From: Gammaproteobacteria bacterium
Lineage (GTDB): Bacteria; Pseudomonadota; Gammaproteobacteria; G965277405
Direction: 5' to 3'
Assembly (NCBI GenBank): GCA_965277405.1
Contig: OZ255726.1
Location: 288,001 to 352,000 of the forward strand
DNA: 64,000 nt
In this document: piece by piece, positions 19,969 through 29,674 of the stretch
Layout: every line of letters begins with the position of its first letter
Numbering within the stretch: position 1 is the stretch's first letter
Notes under the pieces: model-generated
What the model saw: only the letters and a program-made list of their open reading frames with translations
Database searches by the model: none
Told to the model about the DNA's origin: nothing
Program-made: the position numbers and the translations under genes

Positions 19969-21390
19969 ATGGATTTTGATCACGCTATTTTTCGCGCATA
20001 TGATATTCGTGGCATAGTTAACGAAAATTTTACAACAGAGATTGTCTACAACATTGGTCATGCTTTTGGCAGTTGTATCCGCCGTGCCAACTTACGCAAA
20101 GTAGCACTAGGCTGTGACGGCAGGCTTTCTAGCCCAACCCTAGTACGGGTATTACAACAAGGGTTATTGGCAAGCGGCTGTACTGTTATAGACATCGGTC
20201 AAGTTGCAACACCACTGTTGTATTTTGCTGCCAGCCACCATGCGCAAGGCAGCGGAATAATGCTAACAGGCAGCCATAACCCCAAAGATTATAACGGCTG
20301 CAAAATGCAAATTGGCGGCGCTCCAGTGGCAGTTGATGGCATTCAACGGCTAGCCAAAATGATTTCATCCCAAGATTATGAACACGGTCAAGGTCGTCAC
20401 ATTCCGTGGAACATCGTCGATGAATATATCGACAAAGTTTGTGCAATTACCAAATTGCGCCACAGCCACAACTACTACACTATTTGTATTGACGCAGGAA
20501 ATGGTGTAGCAGGTTCGATAGCACCGCGATTATTTCGTGCCTTAGGCTGTGCAGTAATAGAATTATATTGTGATGTTGATGGTAATTTCCCCAATCATCA
20601 CCCCAACCCCAGCGATCCAGCCAACCTTATCGACTTAATCGCCGCGACAACTACCAGCAACGCCCACGTTGGCTTTGCATTTGATGGTGATGGTGATCGC
20701 CTCGGTGTGATTACCAACGCAGGTAGCAATGTGTTTGCAGATAAGCTGTTATCGCTGTATATGCAAGACGTATTGTCGCGCAACGCGGGAGCCACGATTA
20801 TTTATGACGTCAAAAGCACGCATTTGTTAGCAGGGCAAATTCGCGCTGCAGGTGGCGTGCCATTGATGTGGTCAACAGGACATTCGTTAATTAAGCAAAA
20901 AATGCAAGAAACCCAAGCACTGCTCGCAGGCGAAATGAGTGGGCATATTTTTTTTGCAGAGAACTGGATAGGCTGTGATGACGCGTTACTCGCAGGCGCC
21001 AGGCTGTTGCAAATTATAGATAAGCAAACAGATAATTCCGTTACCCAATTAGACACAATGCTGGCGAAAATACCGTCTTGGCTAGCTACGCCAGAAATAA
21101 ATCTTGCTGTTGGCGATGTTGAAAAATTTAAAATTGTTGCCGCATTACAACAATTGCATTTTGCCAACGCTAATGTCGTGACGATGGATGGCATTCGAGT
21201 TGAATATCAAGACGGCTGGGGACTGATTCGCGCCTCTAATACCAGCCCAATATTAGTGCTGCGTTTTGAGGCAGAGAACAAAGCAAGGATGGCGCAAATC
21301 GCCAATATCATGCTGCACGCCCTAGCAAGTGTTCAACCAACACTGGCATTAGCTGCAGTATATCAAAGCGTAGCTAATTGCACTAAATAG
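19969..21390 (+). CDS. algC: Phosphomannomutase/phosphoglucomutase (AlgC type)
   Basis: IFRAYDIRG, TGSHNP, FDGDGDR, GEMSGH, RASNT. Confidence 0.92.
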   Translation: MDFDHAIFRAYDIRGIVNENFTTEIVYNIGHAFGSCIRRANLRKVALGCDGRLSSPTLVRVLQQGLLASGCTVIDIGQVATPLLYFAASHHAQGSGIMLTGSHNPKDYNGCKMQIGGAPVAVDGIQRLAKMISSQDYEHGQGRHIPWNIVDEYIDKVCAITKLRHSHNYYTICIDAGNGVAGSIAPRLFRALGCAVIELYCDVDGNFPNHHPNPSDPANLIDLIAATTTSNAHVGFAFDGDGDRLGVITNAGSNVFADKLLSLYMQDVLSRNAGATIIYDVKSTHLLAGQIRAAGGVPLMWSTGHSLIKQKMQETQALLAGEMSGHIFFAENWIGCDDALLAGARLLQIIDKQTDNSVTQLDTMLAKIPSWLATPEINLAVGDVEKFKIVAALQQLHFANANVVTMDGIRVEYQDGWGLIRASNTSPILVLRFEAENKARMAQIANIMLHALASVQPTLALAAVYQSVANCTK

Positions 21391-21512
21391 TAGTAATTAC
21401 AGCCCTAACAAGGCAATAATTACCACGGCAAAGCAATACAGCAATGACTAACGCTAGCCACAAACTATTTCATTACTGTAGTTGCTCGCAGTAATATTAG
21501 CTCTGCATTTAA

Positions 21513-21887
21513 TCACTCAGTGCATTTAGAACTTACCACATAAGTTGTTTGGTTAAACTGCTGCCACGCACCAGTCCCTAAGCCATCAACAATAAAAATA
21601 GATATAAGACCGTAATCGAGTGGAATACCTAATAATGTTGTTGCATCAAATGATTTGAGTACAGGTATTGTTACAGATTGACACGAATCTTCAACACGAA
21701 TACTGTATTTTTCTTTTTTCTTAAACGTGGTAACTGCAATACCATCACCTAAGTAAGCCTCATTTACAAAAATCTTAGCTTTAGGGTTGGTACTCCTAAT
21801 GGAAATTTGTTGAGTAGCCCCATTGAACATTGCTGCACAACCACTCAAAAGTAACGCAGCTGTAATAATAGATAATATCTTTCGCAT
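21513..21887 (-). CDS. Small lipoprotein, PEGA-like
   Basis: Lipobox LLSGC; QQISIRSTNPKAKIFVN; C-terminal IVDGLGTGAW. Confidence 0.7.
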   Translation of the reverse strand: MRKILSIITAALLLSGCAAMFNGATQQISIRSTNPKAKIFVNEAYLGDGIAVTTFKKKEKYSIRVEDSCQSVTIPVLKSFDATTLLGIPLDYGLISIFIVDGLGTGAWQQFNQTTYVVSSKCTE

Positions 21888-21977
21888 TTGAAAACCTCAA
21901 GTCACATTATTAATAATACTTTGAGCGTACTATAAATGATTAATTAAGTACAACCAATATTATCAATAAATTATAGT

Positions 21978-22020
21978 AACCGCTGATTAACTCGCTGATG
22001 GAGCGAGTTAATCAGCGGTT
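21978..22020. repeat. Perfect 19-bp-arm palindrome; minimal MITE derivative
   Basis: AACCGCTGATTAACTCGCT-GATGG-AGCGAGTTAATCAGCGGTT. Confidence 0.9.
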
Positions 22021-22025
22021 TCCGT

Positions 22026-22263
22026 GAGGAAATACGCACTTACCTTGCTGAATAAAGACCTGCTGCTGGCGAGCAAGTGGCACAGCAGCTTAAACAAACG
22101 ATTGCTATGCTGGCTGCTCATCCTCAACGTGGACAACCTGCACTGCTGGACGAATTTCATGAATTACTAGGTGGCTGCCCTTGGTGATTGCTAACAAGGT
22201 GATAAGCTAATAATTGTTGGTATATTTCACAACAAACAACAGCCTATCTGGTGGCAAATATGA
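22026..22263 (+). pseudogene. RelE/ParE-family toxin remnant
   Basis: EEIRTYLAE*RPAAGEQVAQQLKQTIAMLAAHPQRG..ELL..PW*, then a frameshift to GDKLIIVGIFHNKQ. Confidence 0.65.
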
Positions 22264-22334
22264 CAGTGGGCAAGAATACATTTTAGCTATAATAGCATGG
22301 CGATAGTTTCAACGCCATGCGCGCAGCAACTTAC

Positions 22335-22418
22335 TACCGGGAGAGAGAATCGAACTCTCACTCCTGTCAAGGAACCGGATTTTGAATCCGGCGCGTCTAC
22401 CAGTTCCGCCACCCCGGC
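22335..22418 (-). tRNA. tRNA-Leu (CAA); 3' CCA not encoded
   Basis: GCCGGGGTGGCGGAACTGGTAGACGCG, anticodon arm CCGGA-TTCAAAA-TCCGG, long variable arm, GAGAG-TTCGATT-CTCTC. Confidence 0.95.
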
Positions 22419-22457
22419 AGTACCACAAGTATCAATGTTTATGCAACAAATTCAATC

Positions 22458-23465
22458 ATGCAACTAGCAGATTATAGCTTTGATTTACCCAATCGGTTAA
22501 TCGCTCGTCATCCTAGCCCGCAACGCAGCCACAGCCAGCTGCTGCAGGTGCGCCGCCAGCGCCTTAAGCTGCAAGATTGGCGTTTTGCTGACTTGCCGCA
22601 GCTACTCAAGCCCAATGATTTATTAGTGCTGAATGATACCAGGGTATTGCAAGCTAGGTTGCAACTGCGCAACACAGCTGGTGCTGGCGTATCGCTACTG
22701 ATTAACCGACTGCTCGATGGCCAGCGTGCCGACGCCCTGGCATATGGCTTGCGTAAACTCAAAGTTGGCGATGTATTGGCGGATGCCAGCAATAACTGGC
22801 GCTTTGAAATCATGCAAAAATACCCGCGCAGCATCGAAATTCGCCTGCTTGGCGGCGCAACAATTATTGCATGCTGTAAGGCAATTGGCGCAGTGCCATT
22901 GCCGCCATATTTACGCAGAGAGCCAATTGCTGAGGATACACAACGCTATCAAACGGTGTATGCGCAGCATATGGGCGCGGCTGCTGCGCCAACTGCGGGG
23001 CTGCATTTTGACCAGAGCCTGTTGGCAGCATTACGCGCCAATTCAATTCAAATTGCCACTATCACCCTGCACGTTGGCGCTGGTACTTTTTTACCGCTGC
23101 ACAGCCTAGAGCAACAGTATTTGCATAGCGAAAACTACCACATACCCGAGGCTACGTTAACGGCAATTAGCGCATGCCGCCGCCGTGGTGGGAAAGTGAT
23201 AGCAGTTGGCACCACCACCACCAGAGCATTGGAAAGCTGCCAAGGGAGAAGCGGTGGTAATTCGACTCAATTGTTCATTAAGCCTGGCTATCAATTTAAA
23301 TATGTTGATAGCATGATTACTAATTTTCACTTACCGCAGTCATCACTATTGCTGCTGGTGGCGGCATTTACAGGATTTGCCACCATGCAACACGCATATC
23401 AATATGCCATTGCAAATAACTGGCGGTTTTACACCTATGGCGATGCGATGTTGCTTAGCCAATAA
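22458..23465 (+). CDS. queA: SAM:tRNA ribosyltransferase-isomerase
   Basis: VLNDTRV, PLPPY, AAPTAGLHF, TLHVGAGTF, TNFHLP, YGDAM. Confidence 0.96.
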   Translation: MQLADYSFDLPNRLIARHPSPQRSHSQLLQVRRQRLKLQDWRFADLPQLLKPNDLLVLNDTRVLQARLQLRNTAGAGVSLLINRLLDGQRADALAYGLRKLKVGDVLADASNNWRFEIMQKYPRSIEIRLLGGATIIACCKAIGAVPLPPYLRREPIAEDTQRYQTVYAQHMGAAAAPTAGLHFDQSLLAALRANSIQIATITLHVGAGTFLPLHSLEQQYLHSENYHIPEATLTAISACRRRGGKVIAVGTTTTRALESCQGRSGGNSTQLFIKPGYQFKYVDSMITNFHLPQSSLLLLVAAFTGFATMQHAYQYAIANNWRFYTYGDAMLLSQ

Positions 23466-24240
23466 TTGCAGCTTGGTGAAGAGGCGATATGCTGGCATCC
23501 ACTTGGATACAGACTGCGATTATAGCGGCTAATGGCAGTCGGCTGCTGGGTTGCTGCTAGCTTAATAGCTTACATAATAGAGGCGCGATATATTGGCTTG
23601 TTGTGCGCTAATGGCGCGGCAAATTGGCAGCGGTCAGTGGTGAGAATGAGCCCCACTTCCTGGCGATATACTGCTTGACGATATGTAGCGGCATTCATTA
23701 TTGGCAGCAGCTTGAGGAATAGCTGGCAGCGTTGCTGTTGCGCTTGGAGCTTGGCTGTATCCTGCTTATACCCTGCTTATATTCTGGCTACACCCTGCTG
23801 GCTATCCCGGCTATATCTTGGCTACATGCATACGCTTGCAGCAAGCAGCCTTAACGCAAAAAAACGATTATTGCAGCAATAATCGTTGTAAGGGGTAATG
23901 CCTAGGGTTATTAACAACTGGACAGGCAATGGATGCAGCGCAAATTGTTTTTTTAGGAGGGGGGGTAAACCTTGGGTGTTAAACTTGGGTGGTATTGGTA
24001 ACGCATCCAATAATAAAATATACAAAAACAACTTGTCATAGCTTATTGAAAATAATAATAAAGTTTGCTAACTATGTTTGTCAACTATGACTGTTAGGGT
24101 TGCGCTTTGTGTGTATTTGGCAGTTGTTTTGCTTTGCTTGTTTAGCAATTTACTAGCTGGTTGACTGTGTTTATTTGGTTGTTGTTACTTTGTTTGTTTG
24201 CTTGTTGTTTAGCTAGTTACTAGCTGTAATGCTTAATACA

Positions 24241-24281
24241 CATAGCCCTACACCCCATTGGAGAATTGATGAAGGGCTATG
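24241..24281 (-). terminator. Hairpin downstream of the Ig-like lipoprotein gene
   Basis: CATAGCCCT...AGGGCTATG inverted repeat; weak U-tract. Confidence 0.4.
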
Positions 24282-24308
24282 GTATTTGTTATGATTGCAG
24301 GTTGGTTG

Positions 24309-26480
24309 TTATAATTCTACTACAGTTATTTCTTTAGTAGAAGCAATAGTATTGCGGTTAGTATCTTCTCCAACCGAGGTTGCAGTAACTGTGATTACAT
24401 CATTAGCAGTGCCGCCGCTGCTACCAGATACTGTAAGCACACCAGATTCTGTTATTGTATATACATCAGTAACTCGAGTGCCGTCAGATTTTGCAGCTGC
24501 CACAGTCCACACTACGTTAGGATTAGCATTAGTTGGTGTAACTGAAAAGCTCATTTGCAATTCTGAACCTTTAGCTTTAGCAATTGTTGTTGCGTTACCT
24601 GCAGCAGTAACTGTAACACCTCTCAAAGCCGAATGCACAGTTACAGTTAGGCTAGTTGTTATTGAATTATCTGCATCCAAGGTCGCGGTTATAGTAGCCG
24701 TACCTGCAGTTACCCCTATTACTATCCCAGCGCCATCTACCGTGGCTATGCCTACATTACTACTAGTCCAAGTTACCCTTTTCTCCTGCCGCGTCGCATT
24801 TGTTGGAATGAAAGTAAGCCGTTGATAAGGTCCTCTATTACCTACATCTACCTCAAGTGTAGCACTACGAACGCTTATGCTCGTAACAGGAACAGGTGTA
24901 GGTGCTGGTCCTACCGTCACAGTTGCAGTATCCGTGAATCCGCCGTCGTCAGTAGTTCCGGTTATAATAGCCGTACCTTCCGTTAGTCCTGTTACTCTCG
25001 CAGCTGTAGGATTACTACTCGATGGAGTTACGCTGGCTATAGCTGGTTTATTACTAGTCCAATGTACCTGTTTGTTTGAAGCATTACCTGGCTCAAGAAC
25101 AAGTCGTACACCTGCCATTGGACCACCTACAAACAATGAAATTTCACGTGAAGTAGATGTTGTTGTTGCTCCCGTAACAGCAACAACTGGAGCAGCCGCT
25201 ACCGTCACAGCTACAGTAGCTGTTTTTCCGCCGTCGACAGTAGTTGCGGTCATAATAGCCTCGCCTTCAGCTACTGCTGTTACTCTCACCGAATCAATTC
25301 CCCAGAAGCTTACTATTTCTACCGTGGCTATATTAATATCACTACTACTCCAAGTTACTGCTTTGTTTGTAGCATTATCAGGAGAGACCTCAGCTTTGAG
25401 CATATTATAAGTGCCACCTATATATATCTCAACTGGTGTAATTGGTGTAATTCTTACGCTCGTAACAGCAACAGACGCACCTTCTTCGCTTGCCTCATTA
25501 GGTCCTGTTGCTGGAGTTTCTGTTTCAGTATCTGTTGCTGGAGTTTCTGTTTCAGTATCTGTTGCTGGAGTTTCAGTATCTGTTGCTTCTAGCGAGTCAT
25601 CCACATCACCAACTTGCAATGTACCTACATTGTAGATAACATCATCTTTAGTATCTGCTGTTGTGTCTTGATCATCTTTAAGGATAAGGTTGTATTTTCC
25701 TGCAGTTTTATCAGTCGATAAATCAAACTCTGAGTTGGTTAATGTATATGTTAAGATATCTGTTGATGCATCATATGTACCTGTAACATCGCCAGTATTA
25801 TCTAATGTTTCAGTTAGGGTGCCTTTGGTGAGGGTCAGACCTGCTGTAGCAAGCCTTTTTAGAACTTCAGCATTACCGCCAATTTTAATGCTTGTAACGT
25901 CGCCAGCGGTTTCTGTAAATTCACCATTGCCATTAGCAGTTAGTTTTAACGCTTGATTGATTGTTAATACTGCTTGTAGTTCTGAGACTTTTGTTTCTAT
26001 TTTTGCATTAGTCATGCCGTTTTCAGGGATACATATTGTGCGTATTGCACCAGTTGTACTGACTTTAACTTGGTCTGTTAGACCAAGATCATTGTATGTT
26101 TTAAGCCCTTTTTTGATGTCTGCACATGTATTGTCTTTATTACCTTTGATAACACCATAATGTGGGTTAAAAGCCGAAGTATTTGCTATTTCTGCAACTT
26201 TACCCATGCGAGTAATTTTTACATTTATTCTAGGTAATTCAGGATTTTTTATATAAGCTTCGCCATCGTTGGTTATGACTTGTTCTGTTTCTACCAAGGT
26301 TGCCGCAGCATCACCTTGCTTTTCGTTTACAGGATATGTTAATCCCAATTTAGATTCAATTTCTAATATTGCGTCTTGTTGACTTAGAGTAACAGGGGAA
26401 GAGGAAGAGGAACTGCTATTGCAGCTATACAAGGTTACCGCGAGTGCCAATGCGGCGAGTATTGCTAATGTTTTTTTCAT
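24309..26480 (-). CDS. Surface lipoprotein with tandem bacterial Ig-like (Big_2) domains
   Basis: MKKTLAILAALALAVTLYS|C plus Ser linker; three P.NA[T/S]..V.W[S/T]SS...A[T/S]V repeats with G.A.IT.T; acidic TDTETETPA linker. Confidence 0.85.
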   Translation of the reverse strand: MKKTLAILAALALAVTLYSCNSSSSSSSPVTLSQQDAILEIESKLGLTYPVNEKQGDAAATLVETEQVITNDGEAYIKNPELPRINVKITRMGKVAEIANTSAFNPHYGVIKGNKDNTCADIKKGLKTYNDLGLTDQVKVSTTGAIRTICIPENGMTNAKIETKVSELQAVLTINQALKLTANGNGEFTETAGDVTSIKIGGNAEVLKRLATAGLTLTKGTLTETLDNTGDVTGTYDASTDILTYTLTNSEFDLSTDKTAGKYNLILKDDQDTTADTKDDVIYNVGTLQVGDVDDSLEATDTETPATDTETETPATDTETETPATGPNEASEEGASVAVTSVRITPITPVEIYIGGTYNMLKAEVSPDNATNKAVTWSSSDINIATVEIVSFWGIDSVRVTAVAEGEAIMTATTVDGGKTATVAVTVAAAPVVAVTGATTTSTSREISLFVGGPMAGVRLVLEPGNASNKQVHWTSNKPAIASVTPSSSNPTAARVTGLTEGTAIITGTTDDGGFTDTATVTVGPAPTPVPVTSISVRSATLEVDVGNRGPYQRLTFIPTNATRQEKRVTWTSSNVGIATVDGAGIVIGVTAGTATITATLDADNSITTSLTVTVHSALRGVTVTAAGNATTIAKAKGSELQMSFSVTPTNANPNVVWTVAAAKSDGTRVTDVYTITESGVLTVSGSSGGTANDVITVTATSVGEDTNRNTIASTKEITVVEL
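25506..25586. repeat. Coding tandem repeat (27/27/21-nt units)
   Basis: TGTTGCTGGAGTTTCTGTTTCAGTATC units encode (TDTETETPA)n. Confidence 0.85.
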
Positions 26481-26683
26481 AATAATATCGTCTTTAAGTG
26501 ATAAAAGGTGACTCAAACGTATTCAATACGTTTTTTAATCAATCAATACGGAGTTGATTGATGTTGTGTACATACCGAACTGAGCCTGCTACTACAATTT
26601 GTCATACTTTTGTTTATTTTTTTATTTTTGTATATTTTTAAAACCGTAATCAACGGCTAACCTTGAGGGAGGAAAACGCTGGA

Positions 26684-26755
26684 TTTTAGTTTTAGTTTTA
26701 GTTTTAGTTTTAGTTTTAGTTTTAGTTTTAGTTTTAGTTTTAGTTTTAGTTTTAG
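26684..26755. repeat. (TTTTAG)12 microsatellite
   Basis: Perfect hexamer tract counted directly. Confidence 0.95.
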
Positions 26756-26940
26756 GTAAACGTAGGCGATCTGTAGCTTGATACTGCTGGCAAAACAGCA
26801 ATTGCTGCTAACGCCGCATTACGCTCAATTGCCATAACTATACCCATTCGCATTGCCGTTGCTATAACTTTTTTGGGTTTTTTGCAATTGTAGATGGGGA
26901 TGTGTTTGCTGTTGGCTGTACGGCGAGAAATCCGCTGTGC

Positions 26941-26982
26941 CTGTAATCTGTAATCTGTAATCTGTAGTCTGTAGTCTGTAGT
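26941..26982. repeat. (CTGTAAT)3(CTGTAGT)3 heptamer tract
   Basis: Read directly. Confidence 0.9.
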
Positions 26983-27164
26983 GGCTATGATTGAGTTGGG
27001 GAGTTGGAATTGAAAGATATAAGTAGGAACTTGGAAGGTTGGGGACTGGGGCGGATGGGTTGAGCTATGGCTGGGGTGTATCAACAATGCTTTGCGCCCT
27101 AGATACTTTGGTTGTGGTATTATAAATTAATGGAATACAAGTTGTATGGAAACTTAAGGAGAAT

Positions 27165-28202
27165 ATGATGAAAGACATTGATGATTTACTCAATAAGTCA
27201 ATACCTGCATACCGCAAAGCGTATAGTGATAGAAGCTGTTGGTTAATGGCGTGTTTGTCTGAGTTGGCGTATATCAAATTCAACCCGTTGCTCGCAACAG
27301 CTACGGCAAAAAAGTATTTTGTAAAACAAATTGAAGCATTGATAGACGATAGCCGCATTAAAAGTTTGGAAAAACTAGTTGCGCTGATTCAGTATGATGC
27401 AAACAAAGAAAAAGAAAAACTGATAAAAGAAGTACAAAGCCTGCGGCTAGAACTGCTGCAAACTTTTGATTGCAACGGTACTCAAGCAATCTTGGTGAAA
27501 AGTATTGATGACTTTCTTATCCTGGCGTTTCGTGGTACCGAAGCCAGCAGCATCAAGGATATTAAAGCAGACTGTGATGCACGGCTGATTACCTGTGATT
27601 CTGGCGGCAAGGTGCATCAAGGCTTTGAGCAAGCGTATGCGCAAGTAGCTTGCGAAATTGAGAATGCACTAGCGCAGTATGAGCAGCAGCTGCCGCTGTT
27701 TATCACCGGGCATAGTTTGGGCGGGGCATTGGCGACGCTAGCGGCGAAAAAATTACGCTACAAGAAAATAGCTGCGTGCTATACATTCGGCGCGCCGCGC
27801 GCTGGCAATGAGACATGGATTTCAAATATCAAAACGCCAATTTATAGAATTGTGAATTCTGCAGATTGCGTAACAATGGTGCCGCCAAACGGCAGTGTTA
27901 TCGATATTGTTGCGGTGGTGGTTGGTTTTTTTTCGTCTGCTGCTAAGAAGTATGTATTGCATAACTTTGCAGGTTTTTCGCATGGTGGTAATATGCGCTA
28001 TCTTACTAACTGTGCGCCAGGTAGTTATGCTGACGTGCAATTATTGTATAGTGTAGATTTGCTACGCCGTTGTATTGGTTGGTATAAAAAGCAACTCAGC
28101 TTTAGCAAAATTATGAGCGACCATTCAATTGCTGTATATAGAAAAAAACTTACTGTCGTGGCGCGTAACAGAAATCCATGCACTGCGGGAAGCTCTGATT
28201 AA
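27165..28202 (+). CDS. Class 3 lipase; stop codon supplied by a MITE end
   Basis: LAFRGTE, VHQGF, TGHSLGGALA, YTFGAPR, RIVNSAD, DHS; AAGGAG RBS. Confidence 0.9.
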   Translation: MMKDIDDLLNKSIPAYRKAYSDRSCWLMACLSELAYIKFNPLLATATAKKYFVKQIEALIDDSRIKSLEKLVALIQYDANKEKEKLIKEVQSLRLELLQTFDCNGTQAILVKSIDDFLILAFRGTEASSIKDIKADCDARLITCDSGGKVHQGFEQAYAQVACEIENALAQYEQQLPLFITGHSLGGALATLAAKKLRYKKIAACYTFGAPRAGNETWISNIKTPIYRIVNSADCVTMVPPNGSVIDIVAVVVGFFSSAAKKYVLHNFAGFSHGGNMRYLTNCAPGSYADVQLLYSVDLLRRCIGWYKKQLSFSKIMSDHSIAVYRKKLTVVARNRNPCTAGSSD

Positions 28203-28214
28203 CTCGCTGCTGGA
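28188..28214 (+). mobile_element. Solo MITE end
   Basis: GGAAGCTCTGATTAACTCGCTGCTGGA. Confidence 0.8.
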
Positions 28215-28308
28215 AGAGGCGAGGTGCCAGCGGTAATAGATTATTTTAGATTATATACAACTGCTTAGGGTGCGGGATGCCGTTAGCCAATAGCGTTGGC
28301 TGATACCT

Positions 28309-29655
28309 TCATGCGCTGGCTGCCGCCAACATGGCTTTACCGTAGAAGTCTGTGCTGGTCTGCACTCCTGGCAGGGCAAAATAAAAGCCGCCGCCAAACG
28401 GTTTGACATATTCTTCTAAACCTTCGCCGTCTAGGCGTTTTTGCACGGTGATAAAACCGTCGACAAGGTTGGCTTGATAGGCGATAAACAGCAGTCCCAT
28501 GTCAAGCTGGCCTGATTTGCTGGTGCCGTCTGAATAGCTATAGCCACGGCGCAACATATGGTGCTTTTCAAAACCGTGCTCTCTTGGGTTGGCTAAACGG
28601 ATGTGGGCGCCTAGTGGGATAACCTTGCCTGCTCGGTCGTCTTGGTAATTTGGGGTGTCGTGTTCGTGGTGCATTCCTAGTGGTGCGCCTGTTGAGCGGT
28701 TGCGACCAAAAATTTGTTGCTGTTCTTGGAGTGGTGTTCTATCCCAATGCTCTACTTTAAAGCGTATCAATCTGATAGCCAGATAACTACCCTCTTCTGC
28801 CCATTTAGGTTCTTGGTGGTGTGGCGCCACTAACGCAATATTTTTGATGCTTTGAGGATTATCGACGCTAGGGTTGGCGGTGCCATCTTTAAACCCAAGC
28901 AGATTAACGGGTGTTTCTTTTCCTTGTGTTGCGGCTGTGTGGGATGATATATAGCCGTCTTTACGCCAACGCACGCTGAGTAAAGCTGGGGTGTGTTTGA
29001 TAATGTCTCGCAGTGCATGCAGCACGGTTTCTGGTGAATTTGCACAAAATTGTAATACTAAGTCGCCATGGCAGGTTGCTGTGCGCAGCGCGTCATTTGG
29101 TGAGCGTGCCATTGTTTGCAGGTGTTTTGGTTTGATGGCGGTTAAGCCAAAGCGTTCGTCAAATAAGCTGTTGCCTACGGCTACAGTTACCGTTAAATTA
29201 TCTGGGTGAATATGCTCGCCGAGTATTCCTGAATCCAATGGTGGAAACTTTATGCCTGTTACTGCCGGCTTGCCGCCTGTAGTTAGAAAAGCTACCCGTT
29301 GCGTGAGTATTTTGAAAAGCCGTTCGAGTTCGTGTTTATCTGTGGCGAGCACATCAAACGCTACTAGTGCGCCAGATGCCGGTGCTGGGTTGACGATGCC
29401 ACTTTGATATTTTCCATAAAATGGTTGGCGCATGTGTTTGCTGGTATACATATCTGGGTTGATATGTTGATAATCAGTCGATTTTAATGCGGGTATTGAC
29501 GCTGTGGCGTTGTTGGTGAGGCTGCTTGTTAGCGCAACTGCGCCACCAATTGAGCCGATGCGCTGCAGTAACTTGCGCCGTTGTGAGTTGTGCGCATTGG
29601 TTGATGTATTTGAGCTAGTAGTTTTTTTGAATAGCGATGTAAATGGGCAAGGCAT
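28309..29655 (-). CDS. efeB: Tat-exported DyP-type heme peroxidase/deferrochelatase
   Basis: QRRKLL twin-arginine signal, [24 protein letters not shown]. Confidence 0.93.
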   Translation of the reverse strand: MPCPFTSLFKKTTSSNTSTNAHNSQRRKLLQRIGSIGGAVALTSSLTNNATASIPALKSTDYQHINPDMYTSKHMRQPFYGKYQSGIVNPAPASGALVAFDVLATDKHELERLFKILTQRVAFLTTGGKPAVTGIKFPPLDSGILGEHIHPDNLTVTVAVGNSLFDERFGLTAIKPKHLQTMARSPNDALRTATCHGDLVLQFCANSPETVLHALRDIIKHTPALLSVRWRKDGYISSHTAATQGKETPVNLLGFKDGTANPSVDNPQSIKNIALVAPHHQEPKWAEEGSYLAIRLIRFKVEHWDRTPLQEQQQIFGRNRSTGAPLGMHHEHDTPNYQDDRAGKVIPLGAHIRLANPREHGFEKHHMLRRGYSYSDGTSKSGQLDMGLLFIAYQANLVDGFITVQKRLDGEGLEEYVKPFGGGFYFALPGVQTSTDFYGKAMLAAASA

Positions 29656-29674
29656 ATTGAGTATATGGTATTGG

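Noticed and set aside
24295-26160. Long plus-strand ORFs antisense to the Ig-like gene, and similar shadow ORFs across the window
   Set aside because: Antisense shadows produced by codon bias of well-supported genes
26752-27087. 111-aa minus-strand ORF between the lipoprotein and lipase genes
   Set aside because: Built from low-complexity and heptamer repeats; no RBS or recognisable motif
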